Source of the DNA: an uncultured Hormoscilla sp.
GTDB taxonomy: Bacteria > Cyanobacteriota > Cyanobacteriia > Cyanobacteriales > Desertifilaceae
DNA: 64,000 nucleotides
Assembly (NCBI GenBank): GCA_963921275.4
Contig: OZ001293.3
Coordinates: forward strand, 544,001-608,000
Direction of reading: 5' to 3'
The notes beneath the pieces are model-generated. The model saw nothing but the letters and a program-made list of their open reading frames with translations, did no database searches and was not told the DNA's origin. How positions within the stretch are numbered: the first letter of the stretch is position 1; each line of letters begins with the position of its first letter. Shown in pieces: positions 45,912 to 57,312 of the stretch. A program made the position numbers and the translations under genes.

Positions 45912-47289
45912 GTGCTCCTGCTGCTGTTTGGTCGAGAATACTGCCACTAATGTGGGTAGTAATATTATGAGTTTCTAGCACGGGTTTTCCTTCCAGTCCT
46001 TTGGGGTAATCTATCACCGTAACTGCACAATTTCCCTGCTTAAATTTCCAGAAATGCTCTGGAGACAAGCCAAACAATTGGCAGAGAACAGCTTTATTGA
46101 TCGCGTCGTGGGCAACCACTAGACCTATACTGTTAGGGGGCGCCGATTTAACGATTTCATTCCAAGCTGCCATTCCCCGTTCCCAGACCTGCTGCAAGTT
46201 TTCTCCCTCCGGCATTTGCACCGTTGCCGGATCAGTTTTCCATTGCTCTAATTGACCTGGAAACCCTTTTTCAATTTCTGCTTTTAACTTCCCTTCCCAC
46301 AAACCGTGACTTATTTCTCTGAGTCCCTCAGACAGTTGCAGCTGCAATTGTGGGTGATGCTTTCGATGCCTCTCGGGAGCGCTAATCGCACTACCCGAGA
46401 GGCATCGGAGAATAATTTCTGCTGTTTCCTTGGGGCGTAACATGGGACTAGAAAAGGTAAAATCAATCTTCACATCTTTGAGAAACTCCCCAGCTTTCTG
46501 GGACTGTTGGCGCCCGGTTTCATTCAGCGGAATATCATTCCATCCCTGAAAGCGTTTCTCGCGGTTCCATTGTGTTTCCCCGTGACGCACTAGCAACAGT
46601 CGGCAACCCCGATGTCCTTCTCGCGGTTTGGGGAAACTCTCTCCCATATGAGATGTGAGATTCATCGATTCTAGCTGCACTGCTTCGCCCAAATCTCCAG
46701 CAAAATTCAGCACGCTGATGCTGCAGTTAGACTGCTGGAGCGAATGGTAGTAAGCTTGTGGAATTTCCACAGCGCTTGCCAGCAAGCAACGGTTAATGCC
46801 GTTGTGCGCCACTACCATAATTGTCTTGCCTTGATGGCGAGGCAAAACTTCCTGCCAGAATTTCTTTGCTTGCTCGTAGAGTGCTAAAACTGGATAATGT
46901 TCTCTGTTTCCCTCTGGTTCGGGTACTAGCATGTGAAATTCATCGGGACGTTCCTTCCAGCAGCGGTAGTCGGCGGCAAATTTTTCCTTTACCTCATCCC
47001 TGAGCATTTCTTCCCAGAGAGGCAGGTCGATCTCCCTCAAATTATCTACCTCACGCAATTCCAGCGATGGCTCTAAGCAGGATGCGATAATTTCTGCCGT
47101 GCTTTTCGCCCGTTGCAGAGGACTACAGTAGATGGCATCAAAGCTGAGACTCTTCAGGGCCGCACCCACTTTGCTGGCGTCGGCACGACCTTTTTTCGTT
47201 AAGACTGAATTGTCACACCGGCCCTGAATGCGGCCCTCAATATTGTAACTGCTTTGACCGTGACGGACTAGAATAACGCGAGTAGTCAA
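45907..47289 (-). CDS. Two-domain histidine phosphatase (phosphoglycerate mutase family) with a 42-bp in-frame hairpin insert
   Basis: Two RHG motifs (LVRHGQS, LVRHGET); insert at 46365-46406. Confidence 0.92.
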   Translation of the reverse strand: MTTRVILVRHGQSSYNIEGRIQGRCDNSVLTKKGRADASKVGAALKSLSFDAIYCSPLQRAKSTAEIIASCLEPSLELREVDNLREIDLPLWEEMLRDEVKEKFAADYRCWKERPDEFHMLVPEPEGNREHYPVLALYEQAKKFWQEVLPRHQGKTIMVVAHNGINRCLLASAVEIPQAYYHSLQQSNCSISVLNFAGDLGEAVQLESMNLTSHMGESFPKPREGHRGCRLLLVRHGETQWNREKRFQGWNDIPLNETGRQQSQKAGEFLKDVKIDFTFSSPMLRPKETAEIILRCLSGSAISAPERHRKHHPQLQLQLSEGLREISHGLWEGKLKAEIEKGFPGQLEQWKTDPATVQMPEGENLQQVWERGMAAWNEIVKSAPPNSIGLVVAHDAINKAVLCQLFGLSPEHFWKFKQGNCAVTVIDYPKGLEGKPVLETHNITTHISGSILDQTAAGAL

Positions 47290-47534
47290 GAGTTCTCTCC
47301 TCCGTATTTTGCGCGACAGCTGGATTTACATATGCAACGCCAATATTTTACCCTGTCTGGGGCACTGGGAGCTTGATATTCTTACTACTCTGATGGTTTC
47401 ATCGGTATCCAGAAACCCGGTTTTGCCGGAATTACCGGGTTTCTTATACGCAGTCCGCAGCCCATGCGCTATTCTTTCATTAATATGCTCCCAAGGCACT
47501 TGCTCCCATATAATGAACCGCCATCGGGTGATCG

Positions 47535-47884
47535 CTAAAACCCAAAATACTTGCGCAATATAGCCTTCGCCTGGTGAGCGTAGTTCAGTTTCCAGTTGAC
47601 CCAACTGTTGTACCAGTCTGACTTTATCGAAGGTCATTGGTTCGACACAGACTAACAAACTATCTACCGATAAACCATTTTCTGCCGATGATGGTACGAC
47701 CACCACAGCCGGAGAAATTCTAGGATCGTTCGGACTGGTTGAGGTAAAGGGCAAAACAGTCACCTTGGTGCGCTGGGCATTATACAGAAGCAGAAATTAC
47801 CAGGGCTGGACGTGCGCGTGCGAATTTCCGTGCCTACTGACGGTTCAAACCTGACTATCCAGATACTTCCTAATCCATAATCGC
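47535..47884 (-). pseudogene. PemK/MazF toxin, frameshifted with start lost
   Basis: IWIVRFEPSVGTEI, RPALVIS (other frame), VTVLPFTS and TFDKVRLVQQLG. Confidence 0.8.
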
Positions 47885-48141
47885 TCTTGCGGTGTCCCCT
47901 GGGAGCGCTACTCGCACTACCCAGGGGACACCGCTCTGCCATTCTTCATCCCAGCCTAAATCTAGTTCATCAACCAGTCTACAAGCCTCCGCTAGGGCCT
48001 TGTCTTCCTGCTGCTGCCGCCATTGTTGCAAGAGAGATTCAATCAAGGCGCTACGGTTGTCTACCTTTTGGTCTAGGTATGCCAGCAAGTCATCGGGCAT
48101 GGGCGGCCATTTGCTACGATGAGTCCTACTTTGATTAGCAT
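47870..48141 (-). pseudogene. CopG/RHH antitoxin with a 42-bp hairpin insert
   Basis: PDDLLAYLDQKVDNRSALIE; lies upstream of the mazF remnant; insert at 47891-47932. Confidence 0.7.
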
Positions 48142-48215
48142 AGCAATAAAAATACGGCTCTGGGGCGCTTTAGCGCCACACGATCAAACTGAGCACTACT
48201 ATTGACAACAGACGA

Positions 48216-49769
48216 ATGACTATCAAGCGGTTTATTTTAGGTGCCCTCACAGTTTTGGCTCTGGCCCTAGTTGGTCTGTCTCTGTACAGCAGCTGGAGTC
48301 AGCCTCAGTTTCAAGGTCGTCTGGAACTCTATGAAACTAATCTCTTACTTCAAGCTAGCGAGTGGCAAGGCGGTTCTGACGATGGGCGTGAGAACTCTGT
48401 ACGCGATCTACTGCTAGGGTCCGGCGTGACTGAAACTGCCTTACAACAGTATCTCGATGCCCGCGATCGGGCCCAGTCCTTACTAGACCAACTCCAGATG
48501 CAACTCCCACAGTCCGCCGATCCCAGCATCCCCGGGCAAATATCTCAGCTGCACAATGAGATCGATCGACTGAATCTGCGCCTCGGCATTTTACAGATAG
48601 CTACCGATCAAACCTTCGATGCCGTCGGGGTGTCGCGCTACTCGCACTACCCCACGATGCGCGAAAAATCGCGCATCGAGGCCGCAATGGATACCTGGGA
48701 CAATTTATCTGACTCTTCAAGGTTGGTTAATACTGCTATCCTCTTAGAGGGACTTTGGAAAGATCCTCCTCGCTTCCCCGCTGATACTGAGCTCCAAATT
48801 AACGAACAGTTGGACGGATGGTTCCGCTATCAAGCTTTATTGCGACTTTATCAATTACAGAAACGCCAGGACTTATTTGGGGCCCTGTCCGCTGCGGAAC
48901 AAGAAGTGGCCCAGGAAGTTTTTTTCAAGTTAGTGCTAGCTAGCGGTATTCAAACTTTAGCCGCAGTCTTGGGGACAGGATTGTTAATTTTTATTCTGGT
49001 CCAGCGGCTGCTGAAAGGTAAAGAATCCCTCTGGACTCAGAATGTCGATCTTTCCTGGTTCGCCCCTTGGGATCTAGAGACGATTTTGCAGGTACTTGTC
49101 CTCGGGTTTTTCTTTGTCGGACAAATTCTTATCCCCCTGTTCTTGCAGTTGCTGCCCATCAACGAAGCTGCTGCTGGCGCTACCACTCAGGCTTTTTATA
49201 TTCTGGTAAATTATCTGCTACTCGCTTTGGGGGGCTTGTTAGTATTAGTGCTATCTGTAAAGCAATTTTTACCCTTGCCCAGCCCTTGGTTTCGTTTTGA
49301 TTGGCTAGAATATCAATGGTTAGGATGGGGACTGGGTGGCTTTCTGGCCGCCATGCCTTTGGTGATTGCCGTATCTTTGATTAATCAGCAGTTCTGGCAA
49401 GGACAGGGGGGCAGTAATCCCATTCTGCCTCTCGCTTTGCAGGGTCGCGAACCCTTGGCGATCGCCCTTTTCTTCTTGACTGGTTCGGTAGCTGCACCTA
49501 TCTTTGAAGAAATCATCTTCCGAGGATTTCTCTTGCCCTCTTTAACTCGCTATTTTCCCCTTTGGGGGGCGATCGCCTTTTCGAGTCTCTTGTTTTCTGT
49601 CGCTCACCTCAATCTCTCGGAAGTCCTGCCCCTGATGACTTTGGGCATGGTGCTGGGGTTCGTTTATACCCGATCGGGCAATCTCCTAGCTCCCATTTTA
49701 CTCCACAGTCTCTGGAATGGCAGCACCTTATTCACTCTCTTTCTCCTCGGCAGTGGTGCCAATGGTTAA
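48216..49769 (+). CDS. CPBP (CAAX/Abi) intramembrane metalloprotease with a 60-bp in-frame insert
   Basis: APIFEEIIFRG, FSVAH and LLHSLWN; insert at 48618-48677. Confidence 0.92.
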   Translation: MTIKRFILGALTVLALALVGLSLYSSWSQPQFQGRLELYETNLLLQASEWQGGSDDGRENSVRDLLLGSGVTETALQQYLDARDRAQSLLDQLQMQLPQSADPSIPGQISQLHNEIDRLNLRLGILQIATDQTFDAVGVSRYSHYPTMREKSRIEAAMDTWDNLSDSSRLVNTAILLEGLWKDPPRFPADTELQINEQLDGWFRYQALLRLYQLQKRQDLFGALSAAEQEVAQEVFFKLVLASGIQTLAAVLGTGLLIFILVQRLLKGKESLWTQNVDLSWFAPWDLETILQVLVLGFFFVGQILIPLFLQLLPINEAAAGATTQAFYILVNYLLLALGGLLVLVLSVKQFLPLPSPWFRFDWLEYQWLGWGLGGFLAAMPLVIAVSLINQQFWQGQGGSNPILPLALQGREPLAIALFFLTGSVAAPIFEEIIFRGFLLPSLTRYFPLWGAIAFSSLLFSVAHLNLSEVLPLMTLGMVLGFVYTRSGNLLAPILLHSLWNGSTLFTLFLLGSGANG

Positions 49770-50279
49770 TTCGCGATCGCCTTCCACTTGCAAGAAACCG
49801 GGTTTCTACTATAGATTTTGGTCTTTTACCAAGGTTGACTTATAGAAACCCGGTTGCTGTCCCCTGATGCGGGCGAGCGCCGGTCAAAAACTCGCGATTT
49901 TTCGGACCGTCCGCGGGCCGATCGCCGGTTTCGATCGCGGTGCGATTAATTCAGGCAGGAGCGTCTTGAGGGTCTATACTTAAATTTAGACCCGAGAATT
50001 TTTTGCCTAGTCCCTAGTCCAAGCAACAACTTCAAGAAATTTTTATAGTCAGGAGTAGTTATATATAGATAAAAACTCGATTTTTAATTTTCAACAATAA
50101 ATTGTTAATTGCTAATTGCTATGATAGAATATCAGCATGATTAACCTTAATATGTTCGGCTGTAAACTGACGACTGACTGGCTAGACGCCAGTTATACCA
50201 ACTGACCACTCACAACTAGCGATCGAGTCTAACTCGTCAAGCTGATAATGCAATAATTATTTGCAGATGTTTTTTGGCA

Positions 50280-50780
50280 ATGAATGAGTCCATCAAGCCT
50301 ATTCAAAAAATTCTCTTTGGGAGTCCCGGCACCGGCAAAAGCTATAAAATACGACAAATTGCTATTGAAAAGTTAGGCATTGAAGTCGATCCAGATAGCC
50401 AACTCCTTAAAAATACTGTGAAAACCGTATTCCACCCAGAGTACACTTATGCAGATTTTATGGGAAAATTACTGCCTTTAACTCAGGGAAATTCTATTAT
50501 ATATAAATTTTATCCCGGTCATTTTCTGCAAATATTAGGGATGGCCTATAAGGGGTTCTGAGAATATTGAAGAAATAAAAAATAGAAGTGTTAGAAAACA
50601 GTTTGTATATGAATATTTAATTCAAAAACATATTCAAAGTAATCAAAATCATTTGAGTCAATTAAATATTATGAGTGACTTTTGGATACCGGGCTATAAG
50701 CAAAATTATTCGATAGAATATTCGATCGAAAACAAGCAAAAATTTATGGACGGATATATCAAGCTTTGCAGTTTAGATTT
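50280..50780 (+). pseudogene. McrB-like AAA+ restriction subunit fragment
   Basis: ILFGSPGTGKS and VFHPEYTYADFMG; stops after ~93 aa; AT-rich. Confidence 0.7.
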
Positions 50781-51478
50781 TGAGCGTCTTGCTGAGACAT
50801 ATTTATCTTAGCCAATATTCACTCTCTTCATCCTCAATTGTTGTTGCTTGTCATTTTGCTAGAAACCGGGTTTATACCATAGCCTTTGGGATTTTACCAA
50901 GGTTGAATAATAGAAACCCGGTTTCTGTCTCCTGGTCCCAGCGATCGCTCCTGCTACGGGGCCAGTCACAGAGAGGCGATCGCCTCTCTGTGTATAAATT
51001 GGGGTTTTGCTTTCATCTCATCGTTTGTCCGAAGAGATTAATAACAGTAAGTTTGTTATTAATGTTTTGTCCATCCTGTAGGTCTTCGCTGTAGAGAATA
51101 TCGCAACCAACTTCTAAGGAACTGGCAATAATGAGGCTGCTGTGTACCACGGGTAGTGCGGGTACGATGTTCCCCCTTTTGTGCGATTACGATGTCTGAC
51201 GGGTAATGCGATTAATGGGCCATGCAGTCTGGAGCTTGTTTTTGATTTGGGTAGATGGTGGTTGACTGAGAGGTGTACCTCACTAGGGTGAAACCCGCTA
51301 TAATACCATTCTCTCGTTCCCTGACGAAGGCAGAGAACGTCTTCGGGAGGCTCTGCCTCCTGACAGAACACGAGGCAGAGCCTTTGATCATCGTTGCTAG
51401 CTAGAAACTAGCAACGATGGAGCGCTTTCATATCTCGTTCCCATTAGCAATTCACAATTAGCAATTCACAATTAGCCA

Positions 51479-52405
51479 TTAGCCATAAAATTCCGGCTTC
51501 AAATCTCTTTCCATCAAGGCTTCCACAGCCTGTTGGGGCGTGATTTGATTATTCAGCAACAGATACACTTGCCAGGAGATGGGCACGGAGATTTGCTCCC
51601 GACGGGCAATATCAATCAGCACATTAGTAGTATTAACACCTTCGGCAGTACTCTGCAATTCTGCTAGGATTGCTTCTAGAGTTTTCCCCTGTGCCAAACC
51701 GTAACCAACCCGATAATTGCGACTGAGAGGGCTGTTGCAAGTTGTCAGAAGATCCCCTAAGCCAGATAATCCGAAAAAGGTTTCTCTTTGACCGCCTAAA
51801 TGGGTACCGATGCGAAGGATTTCTGTCAAGGCGCGAGTCAGGAGGGCCGACTTTGCATTGGCGCCCAGCTGCATGCCGTCGCAGACTCCAGCAGCGATCG
51901 CGATCGTATTCTTGAGAGTCCCGCCCAACTCGGTCCCCAGGGGGTCTGTACTGGTATAAACGCGAAACTTTTTGGAAGCAAAAACCTGTTGTGTGGCCAC
52001 AGCTGCATGGATATCTGTACTAGCAACAACAGTAGCAGCAGGCAGTTGCTGTGCGATCTCCTTAGAGAGATTTGGTCCAGAAAGCACTACAATAGGACGA
52101 TCGGGAAAGTTATCTTGCCAAATTTGGGCAGGAGTGCGCCTGCTGTGGGGGTCTAACCCCTTAGTAGCCGTGACAATTATCGCTCTTAGAGGGAGTCCGA
52201 TCGCCTGTATTTTGGTAGAAGTAGCAACAACTGCTGTCATCGGGATAGCAGAGACAACAAGAGAGACATCAGCTAAGACATCATGCAAACTGTAGGGGCT
52301 GCGGCGGGACCAGAGACGGACATGATGACCATTATCGCTAGCCAACTTAGCCAGGGCCGATCCCCAAGCCCCGGCACCGAGAATTGCCAGAATTAATTTC
52401 TTCAT
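51479..52405 (-). CDS. gpsA: NAD(P)H-dependent glycerol-3-phosphate dehydrogenase
   Basis: GAGAWG, ATKG, LSGPN, ELGGTLKN and GLGDLLTTC..SRNY. Confidence 0.95.
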   Translation of the reverse strand: MKKLILAILGAGAWGSALAKLASDNGHHVRLWSRRSPYSLHDVLADVSLVVSAIPMTAVVATSTKIQAIGLPLRAIIVTATKGLDPHSRRTPAQIWQDNFPDRPIVVLSGPNLSKEIAQQLPAATVVASTDIHAAVATQQVFASKKFRVYTSTDPLGTELGGTLKNTIAIAAGVCDGMQLGANAKSALLTRALTEILRIGTHLGGQRETFFGLSGLGDLLTTCNSPLSRNYRVGYGLAQGKTLEAILAELQSTAEGVNTTNVLIDIARREQISVPISWQVYLLLNNQITPQQAVEALMERDLKPEFYG

Positions 52406-52698
52406 CCGTTTGTAATGCCGGTTTGTAGTAAGGACTTTAGTCCTTACCTTATAATTCCTAATGCTGATATGAATACACCATCTCACTTCCTGGTCTCTTG
52501 TTGCTGTTTCCCCTGGAATGGACCATCCGCTTTCAAAGTCCTGTCAGCTATTGGGACGAGCGCTACTACGGACGAGAGTTTAGCCAGTTTGAAGCTATTT
52601 TAGACATTTATATTGAAAGCTTAACAGACAGTTTGGTGCATCTCTATTCCAGAAACCAGGTAACTCTTAACTTACCTGGTTTCTTAATTTAAAAGTTA

Positions 52699-53229
52699 CT
52701 ATTTAGGAGACTTCAAGTAATTGAGCATTGTATCTGCATCAGAAACTTCAAAGGGGTCATCGAGGGCATTGTCAGCAAAACCGGGCTCAACAAACATCTT
52801 TTCAATGGTGCCATCATTAACTACCATTGAGTAGCGCCAAGAACGCATCCCAAACCCGAGATTATCTTTTTCCACCAGCATCCCCATTTTCCGAGTGAAC
52901 TCACCGGAACCATCGGGCAGAAGGAAAATATTCTCCACCTTTTGATGTTTTCCCCACTGAAACATCACAAAGGCATCGTTAACGGATAGACAAATCACTT
53001 CATCTATTCCTAGTGCCTTAATTTCATCATAGAGTTCTTCGTAGCGGGGCAGATGGGTAGAAGAACAGGTGGGCGTAAAGGCACCGGGCAGCGCAAACAA
53101 TACTACCCGTTTCCCACCAAATACCTCTTGGGTGGTGCGGTCTTGCCAGCGAAAAGGATTGGGTCCGGCGACTGATTCATTTCTGACCCTTGTCTTAAAT
53201 AACACGTCTGGTACTCGAGCGTTATACAT
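52699..53229 (-). CDS. Type II peroxiredoxin (Prx5 family)
   Basis: [23 protein letters not shown] and RSWRYSM. Confidence 0.93.
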   Translation of the reverse strand: MYNARVPDVLFKTRVRNESVAGPNPFRWQDRTTQEVFGGKRVVLFALPGAFTPTCSSTHLPRYEELYDEIKALGIDEVICLSVNDAFVMFQWGKHQKVENIFLLPDGSGEFTRKMGMLVEKDNLGFGMRSWRYSMVVNDGTIEKMFVEPGFADNALDDPFEVSDADTMLNYLKSPK

Positions 53230-53391
53230 TGTTTTACTTTGCTCTCGTTGGATATTCATCAACATCCCCATTATACACATGAAGCGGAAATTAATGCAAG
53301 TAATTTCTGAGACATCGCAGGAAGGTTGCCCTCGCAGCGGAGGGGGCCCGGGGAGCGTGTAGCCTGGGAACGGGTTCGGCCTTCATAATTA

Positions 53392-56166
53392 CTATAGTTC
53401 CCACAACAGCATTACATCACCCCCAGATAACAGAAACTTACCATCGGGACTGAATGCTACACAGGTCACCCAGTCTGTATGTCCCTGAAGTAGTCGCAGT
53501 TCTCTGCCACTCGCCACATCCCACAACCGCACGGTTTTATCCCAACTCCCAGAGGCCACTGTCGTGCCATCGGGACTGAAGGCTACACTTTCCACATAGG
53601 ATGTATGTCCCTGAAGTAGTCGCAGTTCTTTGCCACTCGCCACATCCCACAACCGCACGGTTTTATCATTATTCCCAGAGGCCACTGTCCTGCCATCGGG
53701 ACTGAATGCTACACTTAACACAGAGTCTGTATGTCCCTGAAGTTGTCGAAGTAAACTGCCACTCGCCACATCCCACAACCGCACGGTATTATCCCAACTC
53801 CCAGAGGCCACTGTCCTGCCATCGGGACTGAATGCTACACTGAACACATAGGATGTATGTCCCTGAAGTAGTCGCAGTTCTTTGCCACTCGCCACATCCC
53901 ACAACCGCACGGTTTTATCCCAACCCCCAGAGGCCACTGTCCTGCCATCGGGACTGAAGGCTACACTCCACACAAAGAATGTATGTCCCTGAAGTAGTCG
54001 CAGTTCTTTGCCACTCGCCACATCCCACAACCGCACGGTATCATCCTCACTCCCAGAGACAACTGTTCTGCCATCGGGACTGAATGCTACACTTAACACA
54101 GAGTCTGTATGTCCCTGAAGTTGTCGAAGTAAACTGCCACTCGCCACATCCCACAACCGCACGGTATTATCCCTACCCCCAGAGGCCACTGTCCTGCCAT
54201 CGGGACTGAAGGCTACACTTAACACAGAGTCTGTATGTCCCTGAAGTAGTCCCAGTTCTCTGCCACTCGCCACATCCCACAACCGCACGGTTTTATCCGA
54301 ACTTCCAGAGGCCACTGTCCTGCCATCGAGACTGAAGGCTACACAGGTCACCCAGTCTGTATGTCCCTGAAGTAGTCGCAGTTCTCTGCCACTCGCCACA
54401 TCCCACAACCGCACGGTATCATCCCAACTCCCAGAGGCCACTGTCCTGCCATCGGGACTGAAGGCTACACTGTCCACAGAAAATGTATGTCCCTGAAGTA
54501 GTCGCAGTTCTCTGCCACTCGCCACATCCCACAACCGCACGGTATTATCCCTACCCCCAGAGGCCACTGTCCTGCCATCGGGACTGAAAGCTACACTGTT
54601 CACAAGGGATGTATGTCCCTGAAGTTGTCGCAGTTCACTGCCACTCGCCACATCCCACAACCGCACGGTATTATCCCTACCCCCAGAGGCCACTGTCCTG
54701 CCATCGGGACTGAAGGCTACACTGGACACAAGGTCTGTATGTCCCTGAAGTTGTCGCAGTTCTCTGCCACTTGCCACATCCCACAACCGCACGGTATTAT
54801 CCCTACTCCCAGAGGCCACTGTCCTGCCATCGGGACTGAAGGCTACACTGGACACATAGGATGTATGTCCCTGAAGTTGTCGCAGGAAATTCCCCGTAGT
54901 TAAATCCCATAAATAGATATCTCGCTGGCTTCCCAAAGCTAGCAGCTTACCATCAGCACTGACAGCGCTGCAGTAGGCAAGAGGACAGTCTATCTCCCAC
55001 AGCGCCTCGCCACTACTAAGATCGAACAATGCTGCGCCACCCGTAGCACAGACTACTACTAACTCATCATTCAGATAAATCACATCCGTGATACTTCCGC
55101 GCCCCAGTCGCCGCACCATCCCCTGTGCTTTCAGTTTTGACAAGACAAAATAGCCTCGCAATGTTCTTACATCCCCAGAAAAAGACACCCTCGGCGGTGG
55201 CGAAGGTATTGTTGGCGCAGGCGAAGGTCCAGACTTCCCAGACACCGCATCACCCCACCATTGCCCCACGCTGCTAGGGCGTTCTTCCTTCTCCAAAGGC
55301 AAGGCTTTTTCCACCAAACTCTGCCAGGGTTCTGCCAAAGAAGGTTCCCAGTTTGTCCCCATCATCCGACTCAATGCTGGTTCCGGCAGCGTCCCCGCAA
55401 TCATTTCATGCAGCATCATCCCCAATTCAAAAATATCGCTTTCCGCCCCCACAGACTTTCTGGCAATTATTTCCGGTGGCGCATAGGTCTCGGTAAACGC
55501 CCGCGTACTCTGAGTGCGAGTCATACCCGTCCCTTGCTTCGCCGCCCCGAAGTCTATCAAAACCACCCGTCCTGCCGGAGTCAGCAAGATATTGTCGGGC
55601 TTCAGGTCCAGATGATAGACTTCCGCTTGGTGAGCAATTTCTAAAGCATCCACCAGGGGTTCCATAATTTCCGCCACCCTTGTCGGGGGCAAAAGCTTGT
55701 CAGGTTGGGCGTCTAAGACTTGCCGCAGGGTCTCCCCGGCTATTAATTCCATCACCAGATAAGCAGTGCCCCGTTCCGTGAATAAATCTTGCACCCGTAC
55801 TAAGCTAGGATGGTTGAATCGCGCCAACATCCGCCCTTTCCGCTTGAACCGGTCTAACCAACCTTGGAATATATCGGCTTGGTTTTGGGGGACGGTAAGG
55901 TTCCCTGTAGAAATGTGGCGATGGACAAGTTTTTGGGGGTAATATTCCTTGATCGCAACGGGTTGTTCTAAAATAAGGTGACAGGCGCGGTAGGTGATGC
56001 CAAACCCACCCCGACCTAAAGCATACTCGATCTCATAAGTATCCTTGTCCAAGCCGGTGCCTGGAAAGAGTACGTCTCGCAGCAGGGTCGGCAAATGGAT
56101 GCCGCATTCCGTGCAGTATTCAACGTTGGACGGGATCTTATATAGGTGGCAGTTGAGACAACGCAT
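53392..56166 (-). CDS. Zinc-ribbon / Ser-Thr kinase / WD40 repeat protein
   Basis: Two CxxC motifs, GRGGFG, AIKE, HLDLKPDN and DFG; 12 near-identical WD40 repeats. Confidence 0.92.
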   Translation of the reverse strand: MRCLNCHLYKIPSNVEYCTECGIHLPTLLRDVLFPGTGLDKDTYEIEYALGRGGFGITYRACHLILEQPVAIKEYYPQKLVHRHISTGNLTVPQNQADIFQGWLDRFKRKGRMLARFNHPSLVRVQDLFTERGTAYLVMELIAGETLRQVLDAQPDKLLPPTRVAEIMEPLVDALEIAHQAEVYHLDLKPDNILLTPAGRVVLIDFGAAKQGTGMTRTQSTRAFTETYAPPEIIARKSVGAESDIFELGMMLHEMIAGTLPEPALSRMMGTNWEPSLAEPWQSLVEKALPLEKEERPSSVGQWWGDAVSGKSGPSPAPTIPSPPPRVSFSGDVRTLRGYFVLSKLKAQGMVRRLGRGSITDVIYLNDELVVVCATGGAALFDLSSGEALWEIDCPLAYCSAVSADGKLLALGSQRDIYLWDLTTGNFLRQLQGHTSYVSSVAFSPDGRTVASGSRDNTVRLWDVASGRELRQLQGHTDLVSSVAFSPDGRTVASGGRDNTVRLWDVASGSELRQLQGHTSLVNSVAFSPDGRTVASGGRDNTVRLWDVASGRELRLLQGHTFSVDSVAFSPDGRTVASGSWDDTVRLWDVASGRELRLLQGHTDWVTCVAFSLDGRTVASGSSDKTVRLWDVASGRELGLLQGHTDSVLSVAFSPDGRTVASGGRDNTVRLWDVASGSLLRQLQGHTDSVLSVAFSPDGRTVVSGSEDDTVRLWDVASGKELRLLQGHTFFVWSVAFSPDGRTVASGGWDKTVRLWDVASGKELRLLQGHTSYVFSVAFSPDGRTVASGSWDNTVRLWDVASGSLLRQLQGHTDSVLSVAFSPDGRTVASGNNDKTVRLWDVASGKELRLLQGHTSYVESVAFSPDGTTVASGSWDKTVRLWDVASGRELRLLQGHTDWVTCVAFSPDGKFLLSGGDVMLLWEL
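53400..54890 (-). repeat. 12 x 126-bp WD40-coding tandem repeats
   Basis: Unit QGHTxxVxSVAFSPDGRTVASGxxDxTVRLWDVASG. Confidence 0.92.
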
Positions 56167-56369
56167 AGCTGTAGTGTAGGTTAGTAACCGGTTCTATTCT
56201 TCACCATTATATTGTATGGAGTCTTTTTCGACAACCCGCCTTCCCAGTCTCCCGGCAAGTGGTCAGAACTAGGTAATTTTTCCTAGCGGTACTAGTACTG
56301 CACTTTTTATACATCGAAGCCGACTCTGGGCTTTTTCTTTAAATGGCGTTGATAGAAATATTTTATCCG

Positions 56370-56607
56370 GAAATGACTTGCTCATTTTCAAGAGTGACTC
56401 AGTCATTCCCGGGAAAAATAATTTATTTCCAGAACTAACTATTTATTTCCTGGAGTGACTGAGTCATTCCACTGAGTCCGAAAGTCATTCGGTGGCGGCA
56501 AAAGGTTACTCCTTGGTGGACGTCAGCACCGCTTTGGCCGGAGTAAGCACCGCCTTAGCGGGGGTAAGCACCTCTTTGGCGGGAGTAAGCGCCTTGGCCG
56601 GGGTAAA
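56370..56607. repeat. Degenerate ~21-bp tandem repeats upstream of the kinase-WD40 gene
   Basis: GAGTGACTCAGTCATTCC-like units followed by GCACCGCTTTGGCCGGAGTAA-like units. Confidence 0.6.
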
Positions 56608-56679
56608 ATCGCCGAAAAAAAACGGAGAAATATTTCGCAGCATCATGCTTGCCATGTGATATTATATTGGACAGCCGCT

Positions 56680-57312
56680 TTATTGAAGAGATCGCAACTG
56701 CTGCCAACGCTGCTGAACCTGGGCGATCGTAAACACAGCCTGAAACTGCAACCCATCTGACTGATAAAGTTCAGCCCCCCCCTGCTGTCTGTCTATCAGG
56801 GCAATTACCTGGTCTACAATGTAACTGGCATGACGCAGTCGTTCAACGGCTTTCATAGCAGATTGTCCAGTAGTAACAACATCTTCTAATACTACTACTT
56901 TCGCTCCAGGGGGCAGATGGGGTCCTTCGATATAGGCCATCGTGCCATGTCCCTTAGCCTCTTTTCTGACAATTAGGGCCGGTATTGGCTGGTTTTTATA
57001 GGCAGAAACAACGCTGACTGCCGTGACGATCGGGTCAGCACCCAGAGTCAATCCCGCCACAGCTTGGGTAGTCCCCGGCAACATGGATAACAACAACCGT
57101 CCAACAGCCAACGCCCCTTGGGGGTGCAGAGTTACCTGCTTACCGTTGATGTAATAACTACTACGCAGTCCCGAAGAAAGGACAAAGTCTCCTTCTCGAT
57201 AAGCCAGCTGGCAGCATAAATCTAGCAGCAGCAAGCGTAAGTCCAGTAGATCTGTAGTAGCTAGTGATCCATTTTTGGGAACCTGATAAAGAATTTTAGA
57301 AGTTATAGCCAT
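56680..57312 (-). CDS. pyrE: Orotate phosphoribosyltransferase
   Basis: FVLSSG, YINGK, RKEAKGHG and VVVLEDVVTTG. Confidence 0.93.
   Translation of the reverse strand: MAITSKILYQVPKNGSLATTDLLDLRLLLLDLCCQLAYREGDFVLSSGLRSSYYINGKQVTLHPQGALAVGRLLLSMLPGTTQAVAGLTLGADPIVTAVSVVSAYKNQPIPALIVRKEAKGHGTMAYIEGPHLPPGAKVVVLEDVVTTGQSAMKAVERLRHASYIVDQVIALIDRQQGGAELYQSDGLQFQAVFTIAQVQQRWQQLRSLQ

Noticed and set aside
49939..49960. GTGCGATT as the start of a sixth intron
   Set aside because: No domain I homology and no domain V downstream
53400..54890. Diversity-generating retroelement target or CRISPR
   Set aside because: Repeats are in-frame WD40 units; variation is not limited to adenines; no template repeat or RT in the window
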